Source: Salinivirgaceae bacterium (GTDB taxonomy: Bacteria; Bacteroidota; Bacteroidia; Bacteroidales; SZUA-534). From it: 64,000 bases of DNA. A program made the translations under genes and the position numbers. Positions 45,686 to 54,476 of the stretch are shown here, one piece after another (the first letter of the stretch is position 1; each line of letters begins with the position of its first letter). The stretch is taken from assembly GCA_017617355.1 (NCBI GenBank), contig JAFZWI010000036.1, positions 1,082 to 65,081 on the forward strand, read 5' to 3'. The notes under the pieces are model-generated. The model searched no databases. It saw nothing but the letters and a program-made list of their open reading frames with translations, and was not told the DNA's origin.

Positions 45686-46804
45686 TTAGTGCGTTCCGAA
45701 AATTTTTGAAAGAGGTTGCATAAAATCGTTAATCATATTCTCTTCATTATAGTTACCCGTCGCAAACATATAACCATTGTGCCCCATTTCATTTCTAATA
45801 TCTGGGTTTTGTAATAGCATTATTTTATTAGCAAGGTCTTCTGGATTATTTTTTTCATATAGATAGCCATTATATCCATTTTTAATAAGTTCAACACTTC
45901 CTCCAACATTTGCGGCAACCACAGGAATTGAATGTTTCATTGCTTCTATTGCCACTCTGCCAAATGATTCACATGAACACACTAATACTATATCTGTTTC
46001 AGAATATATCGAATTAACATCTTCGAGAAATTGTATAAAATGCACATTGGTATCAACTGCTAGTTCACGTAGCTTTTGGTAGTAATCGTTTTTTTCGTTA
46101 TGCCAACCAACAATGAACAATTCCATTTCGGTTCCATTTTTTTTTAGTATTTTAAATGCTTTAACGGCCTCATCTTGAGCTTTATGTGGAGACACAGCAC
46201 CAATTATTGAAATTTTCGGTTTCCCCAAACAACTTCTATCTAATGATTCTTGTTTACAAAAGACTTGTTGCCGTACTTTGTAAATGTCTTTTTTAATATA
46301 TCGAGAACACTCTTTTAATAGAAAATCAGAATTAACATACACATAATCGGATAATGCGCTAATGATTTTCATTGAAAGCCAATTGCCCAACATAAAATTA
46401 GCTTGCAAGTTTTTTTCTACCAATTCTCTAATATGCCAACAATGATGTTTTTTTTCAATTTTTGCGGCTATAGCAAAACTGCATATCACTGAAGTGTTAG
46501 TGATTATTACATCTGGCGAAAAATCCTTTATTATCTTTCTTGCAGACGATATGCAATATCTAAGTATCCAAAACAGGTCTCTTTTACTATATTTTTCTGG
46601 ATACCATTTTTTTATCCACCAAAATTGCTCACAGTAAAATAAAGACACTTTCTCGGGTAATAATGTCTCTAATTGTCCTTTGCCGGGCAGTACTACACCT
46701 ATTTTTGTATCATTTTGTTTTGCTATGGCCGACACTATTTCTGCTAATGACCGCTCTCCACCAGCCATTCCTGAAGAATGTGAAACAAAAAGAATTTTAT
46801 GCAT
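45686..46804 (-). CDS. Glycosyltransferase family 4
   Basis: 372 aa. N-terminal FVSHSSGMAGGERS, and a C-terminal GT1/GT4 signature (ESFGRVAIEAMKHSIPVVAANVGG). The sequence is visibly AT-rich. Confidence 0.85.
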   Translation of the reverse strand: MHKILFVSHSSGMAGGERSLAEIVSAIAKQNDTKIGVVLPGKGQLETLLPEKVSLFYCEQFWWIKKWYPEKYSKRDLFWILRYCISSARKIIKDFSPDVIITNTSVICSFAIAAKIEKKHHCWHIRELVEKNLQANFMLGNWLSMKIISALSDYVYVNSDFLLKECSRYIKKDIYKVRQQVFCKQESLDRSCLGKPKISIIGAVSPHKAQDEAVKAFKILKKNGTEMELFIVGWHNEKNDYYQKLRELAVDTNVHFIQFLEDVNSIYSETDIVLVCSCESFGRVAIEAMKHSIPVVAANVGGSVELIKNGYNGYLYEKNNPEDLANKIMLLQNPDIRNEMGHNGYMFATGNYNEENMINDFMQPLSKIFGTH

Positions 46805-46873
46805 TTTACCCTTCGTTATTATTAGTTTTATTCACCGTAATACAAGGAAGTATTATGACTGTGGTGCATTGTG

Positions 46874-47632
46874 TTATAAGTCTGTGGTCAAAAAGCGAAG
46901 GTTCTTTGAACAAAATAATGTGTGTTCCTTTGATGACCAATATGTGCGCTGATAGAATTCAATATTATTATCTTTTAAAATGCGTTCTATTTCGGTTATT
47001 GTTTCTTGTTCACCGGGTCTTCCAACATCATCAATCATAATGCAAAAAGATTCGGTTAAACAACTTGGTATAAGATGTAGAATTTGAGACCGCGAATAGT
47101 GTTCACTACCAAAAGGACCATCAACAAAAATGAAATCATATTTTTTGCCTAATAACTCTTTGCAATTATCTTTATATGACAAGGTTTTATGTCCGTTATA
47201 AATTGTTTCTTGCAATTCAGTGTTATAAATATTTACGGGATATTTGTCTTTAACAAGTTCTTTGAAAAAACAAATCCACTCCTCATCGTGCTCATAAGTA
47301 ATAGCTTGCACGTCATTATAATGATTTGCATATTGATAAATCATTCTGGAAGATTGTCCCAAACCAAATTCCAAAATGTTTTTTGGATGAATAGAATCTA
47401 ATATGCGGTACATCGTGTATAATGCACCATAATCTAATGCCGCCCCACCTGCAGAAAAAGATTGTATTTTTAACCATTCAGAATCCTTAATTGTATCAGA
47501 AAAGCGATGTGCATTAAGAATTTCTTTTTGCATTATTTCAATTCCACGAATCATTTTTTTCAGTTCATTCTGTTCGCTTTGAACAGAATTAATCCCTTGT
47601 ATGCGCCTTATTAACTTCAATAATCTATTCAT
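46874..47632 (-). CDS. Probable class I SAM-dependent methyltransferase-fold protein with N-terminal coiled-coil-like segment
   Basis: Motif-I-like ILEFGLGQSS, then later FIFVDGP. It starts 1 nt after the wzt stop. The function assignment is tentative. Confidence 0.55.
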   Translation of the reverse strand: MNRLLKLIRRIQGINSVQSEQNELKKMIRGIEIMQKEILNAHRFSDTIKDSEWLKIQSFSAGGAALDYGALYTMYRILDSIHPKNILEFGLGQSSRMIYQYANHYNDVQAITYEHDEEWICFFKELVKDKYPVNIYNTELQETIYNGHKTLSYKDNCKELLGKKYDFIFVDGPFGSEHYSRSQILHLIPSCLTESFCIMIDDVGRPGEQETITEIERILKDNNIEFYQRTYWSSKEHTLFCSKNLRFLTTDL

Positions 47633-47633
47633 T

Positions 47634-48914
47634 TCAGATTTGTTTGCTTATTTGAAAATCAGTAATATAATACCCTTGATTAGGTGGCATTATTCTGCCA
47701 TTCTTAAAATAATCATTGTAGCTGATGTGCAATTTCGCCACATTTCCAACCCAGTCCGCCAACTCGCCATCAACTAATGAACACAAATTGACATTATAAG
47801 TTCCTTCATTTAACATTAGTTTAGGAATGTAAAAATTAACATACCCATTGTCCAACACTATTTTGTCGGAATACAAATATGTGCTTAACCAAGTTACTCT
47901 TTCTCCAAGAGAATTGTTTATTCCAATATCTAATTGAGATGTATTTGAATTTTGGAAACGACTTGTTGTTTCTATTTTAATTTTAATTATTATTTCATCA
48001 CCAACAGAAAAGTTGTCTTTAGAACATCCTTGTAAATCAGTGAATTTTATATCAACAAGGCGGATAGACCCATTTCCTTTTCTATCAGAAACTGCACCTA
48101 AAGCTATTTTTGAACGTTCCTCCTGCTCTGCTAAATATCTATCAATTACACTATCAATATTGCCTTGATAATCAATTATTCCGTTTTTCAAAATATATCC
48201 ATTCTTGCACAGATTGCGTACGGCTGTCATATTATGACTAACAAACAGCACCGTTCTTCCCTCGCCTTTGCTCACATCCTGCATTTTGCCAATAGCTTTT
48301 TTCTGGAATTCGGCATCGCCAACGGCAAGAACCTCGTCAACCACAAGGATTTCGGGGTCGAGGTGGGCGGCAATAGCAAAGCCAAGGCGCACTGTCATAC
48401 CGCTTGAATAACGTTTCACGGGAGTGTCAATATAGCGTTCGCAGCCCGAGAAATCAACAATCTCATCGAGTTTGCGGGTAATCTCGGCGCGTGTCATTCC
48501 CATAATGGCGCCATTCATATAGATGTTCTCGCGGCCAGTCATTTCGGGGTGGAAACCTGTGCCCACTTCAAGTAGCGAGGCTATACGGCCACGGTATTTT
48601 ATGGTTCCTGTGGTGGGCTTGGTAACTCGCGAGAGCAGTTTCAGCAATGTTGATTTGCCTGCGCCGTTCTTGCCGATTATGCCCACCACATCGCCCTGCT
48701 CAATCTCCATATTTATGTCCTTCAGCGCCCACACATACTCTGAATTTCCTTTGCTGGCGCGGTCATTGGTCTCGCCAATTTTCAGATATGGGTCTTCGCG
48801 GCGCAGCACGCTCGTTGTCCACCAGCGGTTGAGGTCGTGGCTAAGCGTTCCAGTAGAGATTACCCCAAGGCGGTATTGCTTCGAAACGTTTTCTATTTTT
48901 ATTGCTGTAGGCAT
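47634..48914 (-). CDS. wzt: Polysaccharide ABC exporter ATP-binding protein (Wzt/TagH type) with C-terminal glycan-binding-type domain
   Basis: Walker A GKNGAGKSTLLK, signature YSSGM, Walker B ILVVDE, then a beta-rich extension of about 170 aa, as in Wzt proteins that carry a C-terminal carbohydrate-binding domain. Confidence 0.88.
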   Translation of the reverse strand: MPTAIKIENVSKQYRLGVISTGTLSHDLNRWWTTSVLRREDPYLKIGETNDRASKGNSEYVWALKDINMEIEQGDVVGIIGKNGAGKSTLLKLLSRVTKPTTGTIKYRGRIASLLEVGTGFHPEMTGRENIYMNGAIMGMTRAEITRKLDEIVDFSGCERYIDTPVKRYSSGMTVRLGFAIAAHLDPEILVVDEVLAVGDAEFQKKAIGKMQDVSKGEGRTVLFVSHNMTAVRNLCKNGYILKNGIIDYQGNIDSVIDRYLAEQEERSKIALGAVSDRKGNGSIRLVDIKFTDLQGCSKDNFSVGDEIIIKIKIETTSRFQNSNTSQLDIGINNSLGERVTWLSTYLYSDKIVLDNGYVNFYIPKLMLNEGTYNVNLCSLVDGELADWVGNVAKLHISYNDYFKNGRIMPPNQGYYITDFQISKQI

Positions 48915-48919
48915 TTTTT

Positions 48920-48978
48920 AAGTTACAAGTTATAAGTTACAAGTTTTCGCTTGTAGGGACGCGATTCATCGCGTCTGT
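48920..48978. repeat. AAGTTACAAGTTAT tandem plus TGTAGGGACGCGATTCATCGCGTCTGT palindromic motif
   Basis: AAGTTACAAGTT occurs twice (48920-48945). GACGCGAT/ATCGCGTC forms an 8-bp stem. TGTAGGGACGCG is shared with 38470-38481. Confidence 0.7.
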
Positions 48979-49041
48979 TATTTCATTTCAATTTCCAAAG
49001 TAACGTTTTTCAGTATTAATCTGTTACGTTTTTTGACACAT

Positions 49042-50346
49042 TTATTGTTCTTTTCCGTCAAACCACGCCCGTACCGCATAAAGCGGAAGATTGGTCACCG
49101 TGTTATTCTGGCGGAAGGGCAGCAACGACGTCTTTACCGCCACTTCAGGATTGTGCTCTTTGCAAAACGAGCCGAACGATTTGCTTTGCAAATTCTTGCC
49201 CGATTTTGCTTCGACGGGAACCGCCCGTTGGCCACATTGCACAAGAAAATCAATCTCTTGGCGCGAATTCTCCTTGCTGAAATAGGACACTGGAAGCTCG
49301 CGAATGGTTTTCAGTTCCTGCAAAACATATTGCTCGGTGAACGCTCCCTGGTATTCCTCAAATACGCCATCGCCAATCAGAACGGAATCGGCGCTGGTAT
49401 TGCTCATCGCACCAAACAACCCACAATCGAGTACAAACAATTTGAACGCCGAAAAATCCTCATAGTATTGCAGCGGCGCTTCAGGTTTGCTGACGCGGTT
49501 TACTTTGTACACCAACCCCGCATCGCACAACCATTGCAAGGCAATCTCGAACTCGCGTGCCCGTGCGCCTTCTTTCACAACTCCATAAATGAATTTTTTG
49601 TTCTCTTTCGCCAATTGACCTGGTATAGAATTGAAAACCATGCTGATACGCATAACTTCGCGCGGCGGTGCGTGTTTGCCAATGTCTTGAATGTAGTTGT
49701 CAAGAATCTCGTTTTGCATATAGCGAATAGTCCACATCGGTTCGCCATCGATATAAGCCTGCACAATTTCGGGCATTCCGCCCACATAGAAATAATGGCG
49801 CAGACAATCAAGCAACTGCTCGTGGATAACAGCGGCTGTCGGCCAATCCTGTTCATCCAACACTTTGGCGTATGCATCTTTGCCTATCGCTTTCAGAAAT
49901 TCGGCAAACGACAACGGATACATCTGCATAGTGTTGACTTTTCCGACAGGATACGAAATGTCCTCGTGTAACATTAAGCCTAACAGCGAACCCGCTACCG
50001 CAATATGCTGGTCGGGGGCATCTTCACAAAAATATTTCAGTGCCTGAATAGCACGCGGTACTTCCTGCACCTCGTCGATTATTATCAGTGTCTGACCTGC
50101 AACCACTGGCACTTGTGTTATGACCTCAATGGCTTTCAATATCCGCTGCACGTCGAAATCGGCAAACAAAGTCGCCATTCGGGACTCTCTGTCGCAATTT
50201 ATGTAAGCCACATTTTTATAGGCAACTTCGCCAAAATGCTTCAGAATCCAAGTCTTGCCAACTTGCCTTGCACCATTAAGAATCAGTGGTTTACGACGTT
50301 CGCTCTGTTTCCATTTCAACAAATCCTGCAAAATGCTCCGCTCCAT
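49042..50346 (-). CDS. AAA-type ATPase with DUF4143-like C-terminal domain (second, divergent paralog)
   Basis: 434 aa with Walker A GARQVGKTWIL and Walker B LIIIDEVQ. Confidence 0.8.
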   Translation of the reverse strand: MERSILQDLLKWKQSERRKPLILNGARQVGKTWILKHFGEVAYKNVAYINCDRESRMATLFADFDVQRILKAIEVITQVPVVAGQTLIIIDEVQEVPRAIQALKYFCEDAPDQHIAVAGSLLGLMLHEDISYPVGKVNTMQMYPLSFAEFLKAIGKDAYAKVLDEQDWPTAAVIHEQLLDCLRHYFYVGGMPEIVQAYIDGEPMWTIRYMQNEILDNYIQDIGKHAPPREVMRISMVFNSIPGQLAKENKKFIYGVVKEGARAREFEIALQWLCDAGLVYKVNRVSKPEAPLQYYEDFSAFKLFVLDCGLFGAMSNTSADSVLIGDGVFEEYQGAFTEQYVLQELKTIRELPVSYFSKENSRQEIDFLVQCGQRAVPVEAKSGKNLQSKSFGSFCKEHNPEVAVKTSLLPFRQNNTVTNLPLYAVRAWFDGKEQ

Positions 50347-50369
50347 AAACTTTCAGTTTAATTTGCTCA

Positions 50370-50377
50370 CAAATATA
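50370..50377 (-). promoter_or_regulatory. Candidate -7 box (TATATTTG on the minus strand)
   Basis: The plus strand reads CAAATATA and lies 24 nt upstream of the ATG at 50346. Confidence 0.3.
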
Positions 50378-50405
50378 TACAAAAAGCATACTGACATACA
50401 ATTGT

Positions 50406-50514
50406 TTCACATTTTATGTACGTCTTTTTGGCAAAACTTCACATTTTATGTACGACTTTTTGCAAAAATTGCACATTTTATGCACGAGTTTTGGCGAGAA
50501 TTCACATCTAATGG
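50406..50514. repeat. 31-32-bp tandem repeat x3.4 upstream of the second ATPase gene
   Basis: Units begin at 50406, 50438, 50469 and 50501 (partial). The consensus is TTCACATTTTATGTACGNCTTTTTGGCAAAAN. Confidence 0.85.
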
Positions 50515-50526
50515 TTAGGGGTTGCG

Positions 50527-50592
50527 TTTTAGTTTACGTTTACGTTAGTGTTAGTGTCAACGTTATCGTCATCGTTTTTCGTCATCGTTAAA
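50527..50592. repeat. ACG/TAA short-period low-complexity module, inverted copy of 31401-31482
   Basis: The reverse complement reads TAACGATGAC...CGATAAC...TGACACTAAC...AACGTAAACGTAAAC and aligns block by block with 31410-31482. Confidence 0.7.
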
Positions 50593-50594
50593 TA

Positions 50595-51437
50595 TCACAC
50601 CGTATCCATAAAATCTTTTTCTACTTTATTGAAGATTATAGTGCCAAGTAGAAGCGTTATAATCATGAAAATCAAACTGTAAAGTAGCCAGCCCCACGAG
50701 AACACACCACTGCCGATAGCTCCGTATTTGAATGTCTCAATTATGGAAGTCATCGGGTTAAGTTGGAAAATCCATTGTTTGTCGGCAGGCATTGTGCTAA
50801 GCGGGTAGATTACCGGTGTGGCGTACATCCATAGCTGCACTCCGAATTGCAAGAGGAATGTCAGGTCGCGGTATTTGGTTGTCATTGAGGAGAATATAAT
50901 GCCGAAGCCTAAGGCTAATCCGGCACTCATTATTACAAGCAACGGGAAAAGAAAAGCATACCAGTTTGGAGTAATGCCCACCCCCTTAAACGCATATACA
51001 ATGTATATTATAAGGAATATCGCGAATTGAATGAAGAATTTCACAAGGTTCGAAATGGTAACTGAAATAGGTACCACCAGACGCGGAAAATACACCTTGC
51101 CAAAAACATTCTGGTTGGTGGTGAATGTGCCGGATGTCTTATTCAGGCAGTCAGCAAAATAGTTCCATAGTATAATTCCCGCAAAGTAGAAGAGTGGTCC
51201 GGGAATTCCGTCGGTGGAGATGCCGGCCAGATTTCCGAATACGAACATAAACATTACGGTTGTAAGTATGGGCTGAATCACAAACCACAGCGGACCAAGA
51301 ATTGTTTGCTTGTACATAGTGACAATGTCACGCTTTACGTACATGTAAATCAAATCCTTATAGGCAATAACCTCGCGAAGGTTGAGGCTTAGCAAACGGT
51401 TGTTAGGAGTTATTTCTGTATAGCCGTTTTTATCCAT
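50595..51437 (-). CDS. wzm: ABC-2-type polysaccharide exporter permease
   Basis: 280 aa with 6 TM segments and a typical Wzm/TagG N-terminus (...YKDLIYMYVKRDIVTMYKQTILGPLWFVIQP). Confidence 0.88.
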   Translation of the reverse strand: MDKNGYTEITPNNRLLSLNLREVIAYKDLIYMYVKRDIVTMYKQTILGPLWFVIQPILTTVMFMFVFGNLAGISTDGIPGPLFYFAGIILWNYFADCLNKTSGTFTTNQNVFGKVYFPRLVVPISVTISNLVKFFIQFAIFLIIYIVYAFKGVGITPNWYAFLFPLLVIMSAGLALGFGIIFSSMTTKYRDLTFLLQFGVQLWMYATPVIYPLSTMPADKQWIFQLNPMTSIIETFKYGAIGSGVFSWGWLLYSLIFMIITLLLGTIIFNKVEKDFMDTV

Positions 51438-51480
51438 TTTTTATTAAGAGTAAGCAAAACAACTTGCTGATAATCAACAA

Positions 51481-52278
51481 TTACTCTGCATCTTTCACGC
51501 ACCTTACCGATATGGCGTTTCGCGGACTCTCGTAGTAGCGGAACGGCTTTTTCAAGCTTTTGTGGTAATAGAGCTTCCAAACGTTGTCATGCGCCTTGCT
51601 TGACGACCAGAATGATGCTGAGTAACCGGCGTTCTGGTAATCGCCATTGTAGAATCCGGCATAAACCAGTTCAAACGGATTGATGAGGTTCTCCACAACC
51701 GAATCATTGCAAAGGCTGACCGACAGGTCTTGCAGCTCCTTGTCAGTAGGGATGTGCCAGCCGTCGGGGCAGAGGCCTTGTGCGCCCTCATCGGTGCTGC
51801 CGTTCATGGCGGCGTCCCAAGTGTAGAGAAGTCCCAGTTCGGGAGCGTCGGGGTTTTGGAAATATTTGATTTCGTCGCCGTTGCTGTTTGTTGTGGCGCG
51901 AAGGTTTTCTGTCATCCATGCGCGGCCGTTCACAATGGTCGTCTTGTAGCTGTTGCCCTCGTTGTCGATGCAGAGCGGGCAGTCAGGCCCTTTCACTGTT
52001 ATCGATTCGGTGCCGGAGTTGCCGCGAGCGTCGGTTACCGTTACGGTGTAGACGCCGGCCTCAAGGTCGCTAATTTCGGCCACTGCCTGATTGTTCGACC
52101 ATTTGATTGCGTACGGAGCTTTGCCGCCGCTAATGGTTATCGCTATTGAACCGTCGTTGCTTCCGTAGTCGGAAAGCGGGGTCACATTTGCTTCAATTTC
52201 AATAGGCTTGCGGTTGCAACTTGCTAATATTGCACCAGTTAGAGCAAGCAACAATAAGGATTTACAATAAATTCGCAT
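51481..52278 (-). CDS. Lipoprotein with SprB-repeat-like N-terminal Ig module and FISUMP (Fibrobacter succinogenes major paralogous) domain
   Basis: Lipobox ILASC. DGSIAITISGGKAPYAIKWSNNQ is SprB-repeat-like. CPDGWHIPTDKELQDL...FWSSS...SVRCVKD are FISUMP hallmarks. Confidence 0.8.
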   Translation of the reverse strand: MRIYCKSLLLLALTGAILASCNRKPIEIEANVTPLSDYGSNDGSIAITISGGKAPYAIKWSNNQAVAEISDLEAGVYTVTVTDARGNSGTESITVKGPDCPLCIDNEGNSYKTTIVNGRAWMTENLRATTNSNGDEIKYFQNPDAPELGLLYTWDAAMNGSTDEGAQGLCPDGWHIPTDKELQDLSVSLCNDSVVENLINPFELVYAGFYNGDYQNAGYSASFWSSSKAHDNVWKLYYHKSLKKPFRYYESPRNAISVRCVKDAE

Positions 52279-52347
52279 ATTATATCGTTACAAAAAACGT
52301 TTAAAAATAGCAAAAACACATTTATTTGATAATTGTCGGTGCAATTT

Positions 52348-53097
52348 ATGAGAAAAATAGTTTGTGCTGTTTTCTTTTTGACGGTGTTGTTTTCGGCTTG
52401 TGCGCAAGATTCTGTTCCCGCCCGAATCGATTTGCACGGAGTTATTTTGAATGCCGACGGCTTGCAGCCAGTTTATAATGTCAATGTCTATGTGCGACAC
52501 GGATACGGCACAACATCGAACAACAACGGATATTTCAACTTGCGTTGCGCCAGTGGCGATACGGTGGTGTTTTCGCACGTAGGCTATAGGCTTGTGAGGT
52601 TTGTTGTGCCCGACACCATTTTTGCCGAAAACCGGACTATCGGCATCATTATGCAGACCGACACTATTCTTCTGCCTGAGGTTGTGGTGCTTCCGTTTGT
52701 CACCTATGCGCGTATGAAGTACGAGGTGGCTAATATGGAACCCGATGCCGAACTGCAGACGGCTTTTTACAATGTCTCTGAAATTGTTGATTTGGCTTTG
52801 AGCCAGCCTGGTACCACTTATGACGCTCCTGCGCAACAACTTTCAGCCTATTCGGAGCGATTGCAAAACGCTGGTATGTTCGCGCCTAACCAAACAGTGA
52901 GTCTGATAGGCTTGAATAAAGGTGTTGTGGCATACTTGCGCCAGGTTAATTCGCGAAGAAAAAATGTCCCGACACCCGGTTATCGCAACGCGCAAAAACA
53001 GCTGCAGATGATTACCGATGTTCGCAATTTTGTTGTGAAACAAGCTGATACACTTGCTGTGCAACCTGCCGCCGATACACTCAGAACCACTGAGTAA
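52348..53097 (+). CDS. Secreted CarboxypepD_reg-like domain protein
   Basis: The ATG at 52348 gives MRKIVCAVFFLTVLFSACAQ, followed by HGVILNADGLQPVYNVNVYV...NNNGYFNL...GDTVVFSHVGY. Confidence 0.7.
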   Translation: MRKIVCAVFFLTVLFSACAQDSVPARIDLHGVILNADGLQPVYNVNVYVRHGYGTTSNNNGYFNLRCASGDTVVFSHVGYRLVRFVVPDTIFAENRTIGIIMQTDTILLPEVVVLPFVTYARMKYEVANMEPDAELQTAFYNVSEIVDLALSQPGTTYDAPAQQLSAYSERLQNAGMFAPNQTVSLIGLNKGVVAYLRQVNSRRKNVPTPGYRNAQKQLQMITDVRNFVVKQADTLAVQPAADTLRTTE

Positions 53098-53182
53098 GTC
53101 CTTCTGTTTTGACTCCGTTTGTCCATTTTGAAAATCAAATTTGTCGTTACGAGATATCCGTATCTATTCTCAACAATTTTAA

Positions 53183-53190
53183 TACTTTTG
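53183..53190 (+). promoter_or_regulatory. Candidate -7 box TACTTTTG
   Basis: Matches TAnnTTTG and lies 20 nt upstream of the ATG at 53210. Confidence 0.3.
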
Positions 53191-53209
53191 CGGACTTACT
53201 TTTTTGCTG

Positions 53210-54334
53210 ATGATTATTGCAGTCAACACGCAGACACTGCTGAAAGACAAACTTGAAGGTCTGGGAAGTTTCACCGATGAAATCATGCGCCGCATGGTTC
53301 GGAATCATCCTGAGCACCAATTTCTGTTCATCTTCGACCGCGACTGGGACAGTTCCTTCGTCTATGCCGATAATGTGATACCGGTAAAGACCTTCCTGCC
53401 GTCGCGTCATCCGGTGTTGTGGTATAGCCGTTTCGAATTCATTATACCTAACTTGTTGAAACGGCACAAAGTGAGTCTTTTCCTGTCAACCGACGGTTAT
53501 ATGCCTGTGCATCCGGCGGTTAAAACGTATAATGTAATTCACGACATAGGCTTTGTGCACGACCCTCAGAGCCAGCCGTTCCTTATAAACAGGTATTACA
53601 ACCATTATTTCCCGATTTTCGCCCGCAGTGCCGACAGACTTGGTACCGTGTCGGAGTATTCAAAGGCCGATATCGTGCGCACTTGGGATATCAATCCAGA
53701 CAAAATCGATGTCATATACAATGGTGTGAAGACGGTTTTTGCGCCGCTTGACGAGGCTGCGAAGAAAGAGGTTCGCGAAAAAACAACGGGCGGCAGTCCT
53801 TATTTCGTTTTCGTTGGGTCGCTTAATCAGCGCAAGAATGTTGAAGGCCTTTTGCGCGCGTTCGACCTGTTCAAACAGAAGGGCAATTTCCCGCACAAAC
53901 TTGTCATTGTGGGCGAGTGTATGTGGTCGATGACAAGCATCGATAGCGAGATTGAACAAATGGAACATGCTGACGATGTGGTGTTTATGGGTCGTCTTCA
54001 GCCCGATGCCCTGCGCGATGTAACGGCAAGTGCCGATGCGTTGGTGCTGCCTTCGTTCCTTGAGGGGTTTGGCGTGCCGATTGTCGAGGCTATGAACTGC
54101 GATGTGCCGGTGATAACCTCAAACTGCACCTCAATGCCCGAAGTGGCCGGTGATGCCGGACTTCTCATCAATCCCCATTCCGATGAGGAGATAGCCAATG
54201 CCATGGTCCAATTGGCAACCGACGCGGAGCTGCGGCAGAAACTGATTGAAAACGCCAAAATTCAGCGGCAGAAATTCTCGTGGGACAAGTCGGCTGTCGA
54301 TTTGTGGAACGGAATGATGCGGCTAATGGAATAA
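53210..54334 (+). CDS. Glycosyltransferase family 4 (mannosyltransferase-like)
   Basis: The ATG at 53210 gives MIIAVNTQTLLKDKLEGLG. C-terminal EGFGVPIVEAMNCDVPVITSN signature. Confidence 0.85.
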   Translation: MIIAVNTQTLLKDKLEGLGSFTDEIMRRMVRNHPEHQFLFIFDRDWDSSFVYADNVIPVKTFLPSRHPVLWYSRFEFIIPNLLKRHKVSLFLSTDGYMPVHPAVKTYNVIHDIGFVHDPQSQPFLINRYYNHYFPIFARSADRLGTVSEYSKADIVRTWDINPDKIDVIYNGVKTVFAPLDEAAKKEVREKTTGGSPYFVFVGSLNQRKNVEGLLRAFDLFKQKGNFPHKLVIVGECMWSMTSIDSEIEQMEHADDVVFMGRLQPDALRDVTASADALVLPSFLEGFGVPIVEAMNCDVPVITSNCTSMPEVAGDAGLLINPHSDEEIANAMVQLATDAELRQKLIENAKIQRQKFSWDKSAVDLWNGMMRLME

Positions 54335-54335
54335 G

Positions 54336-54475
54336 AAAAGGGAAGAGGTAAGGAGTTGAGATGTTTAGTGTTGAACAAGTTCAACAAGTTTAACCTCAAC
54401 ACTTAAAACTTCGGAAACTTAAAACCTAAAACCTTCCAACCACTTATGCCTTGTGCCCTATGCCTTTTAACACTT
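54336..54475. repeat. Bipartite intergenic element: a C-poor arm followed by a G-poor arm
   Basis: GAAAAGGGAAGAGGTAAGGAGTTGAGATGTTTAGTGTTGAAC is partly complementary to ...CTCAACACTTAAAACTTC.... The centre is GTTGAAC-AA-GTTCAAC. The right arm shares CCACTTATGCCTTGTGCC with 31496-31515. Confidence 0.7.
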
Positions 54476-54476
54476 C

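Noticed and set aside
49033-49971. 312-aa plus-strand ORF
   Set aside because: It is antisense to the Walker-motif-bearing ATPase gene 49042..50346. The sequence is R/F/L-rich and not protein-like.
50406-50514. A possible CRISPR array, considered because of regularly spaced 31-32-bp repeats
   Set aside because: The units are directly abutting tandem repeats with no unique spacers. There are only about 3.4 units and no cas genes in the window. The array lies in a promoter-proximal position.
44162-50594. Whether the region flanked by the two DUF4143 ATPase genes is a composite mobile element or genomic island
   Set aside because: There is no integrase, transposase, tRNA target or terminal inverted or direct repeat pair bracketing the region. 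The two ATPases are divergent paralogs rather than identical IS-like copies. Only the narrower insertion and cassette hypotheses were kept.
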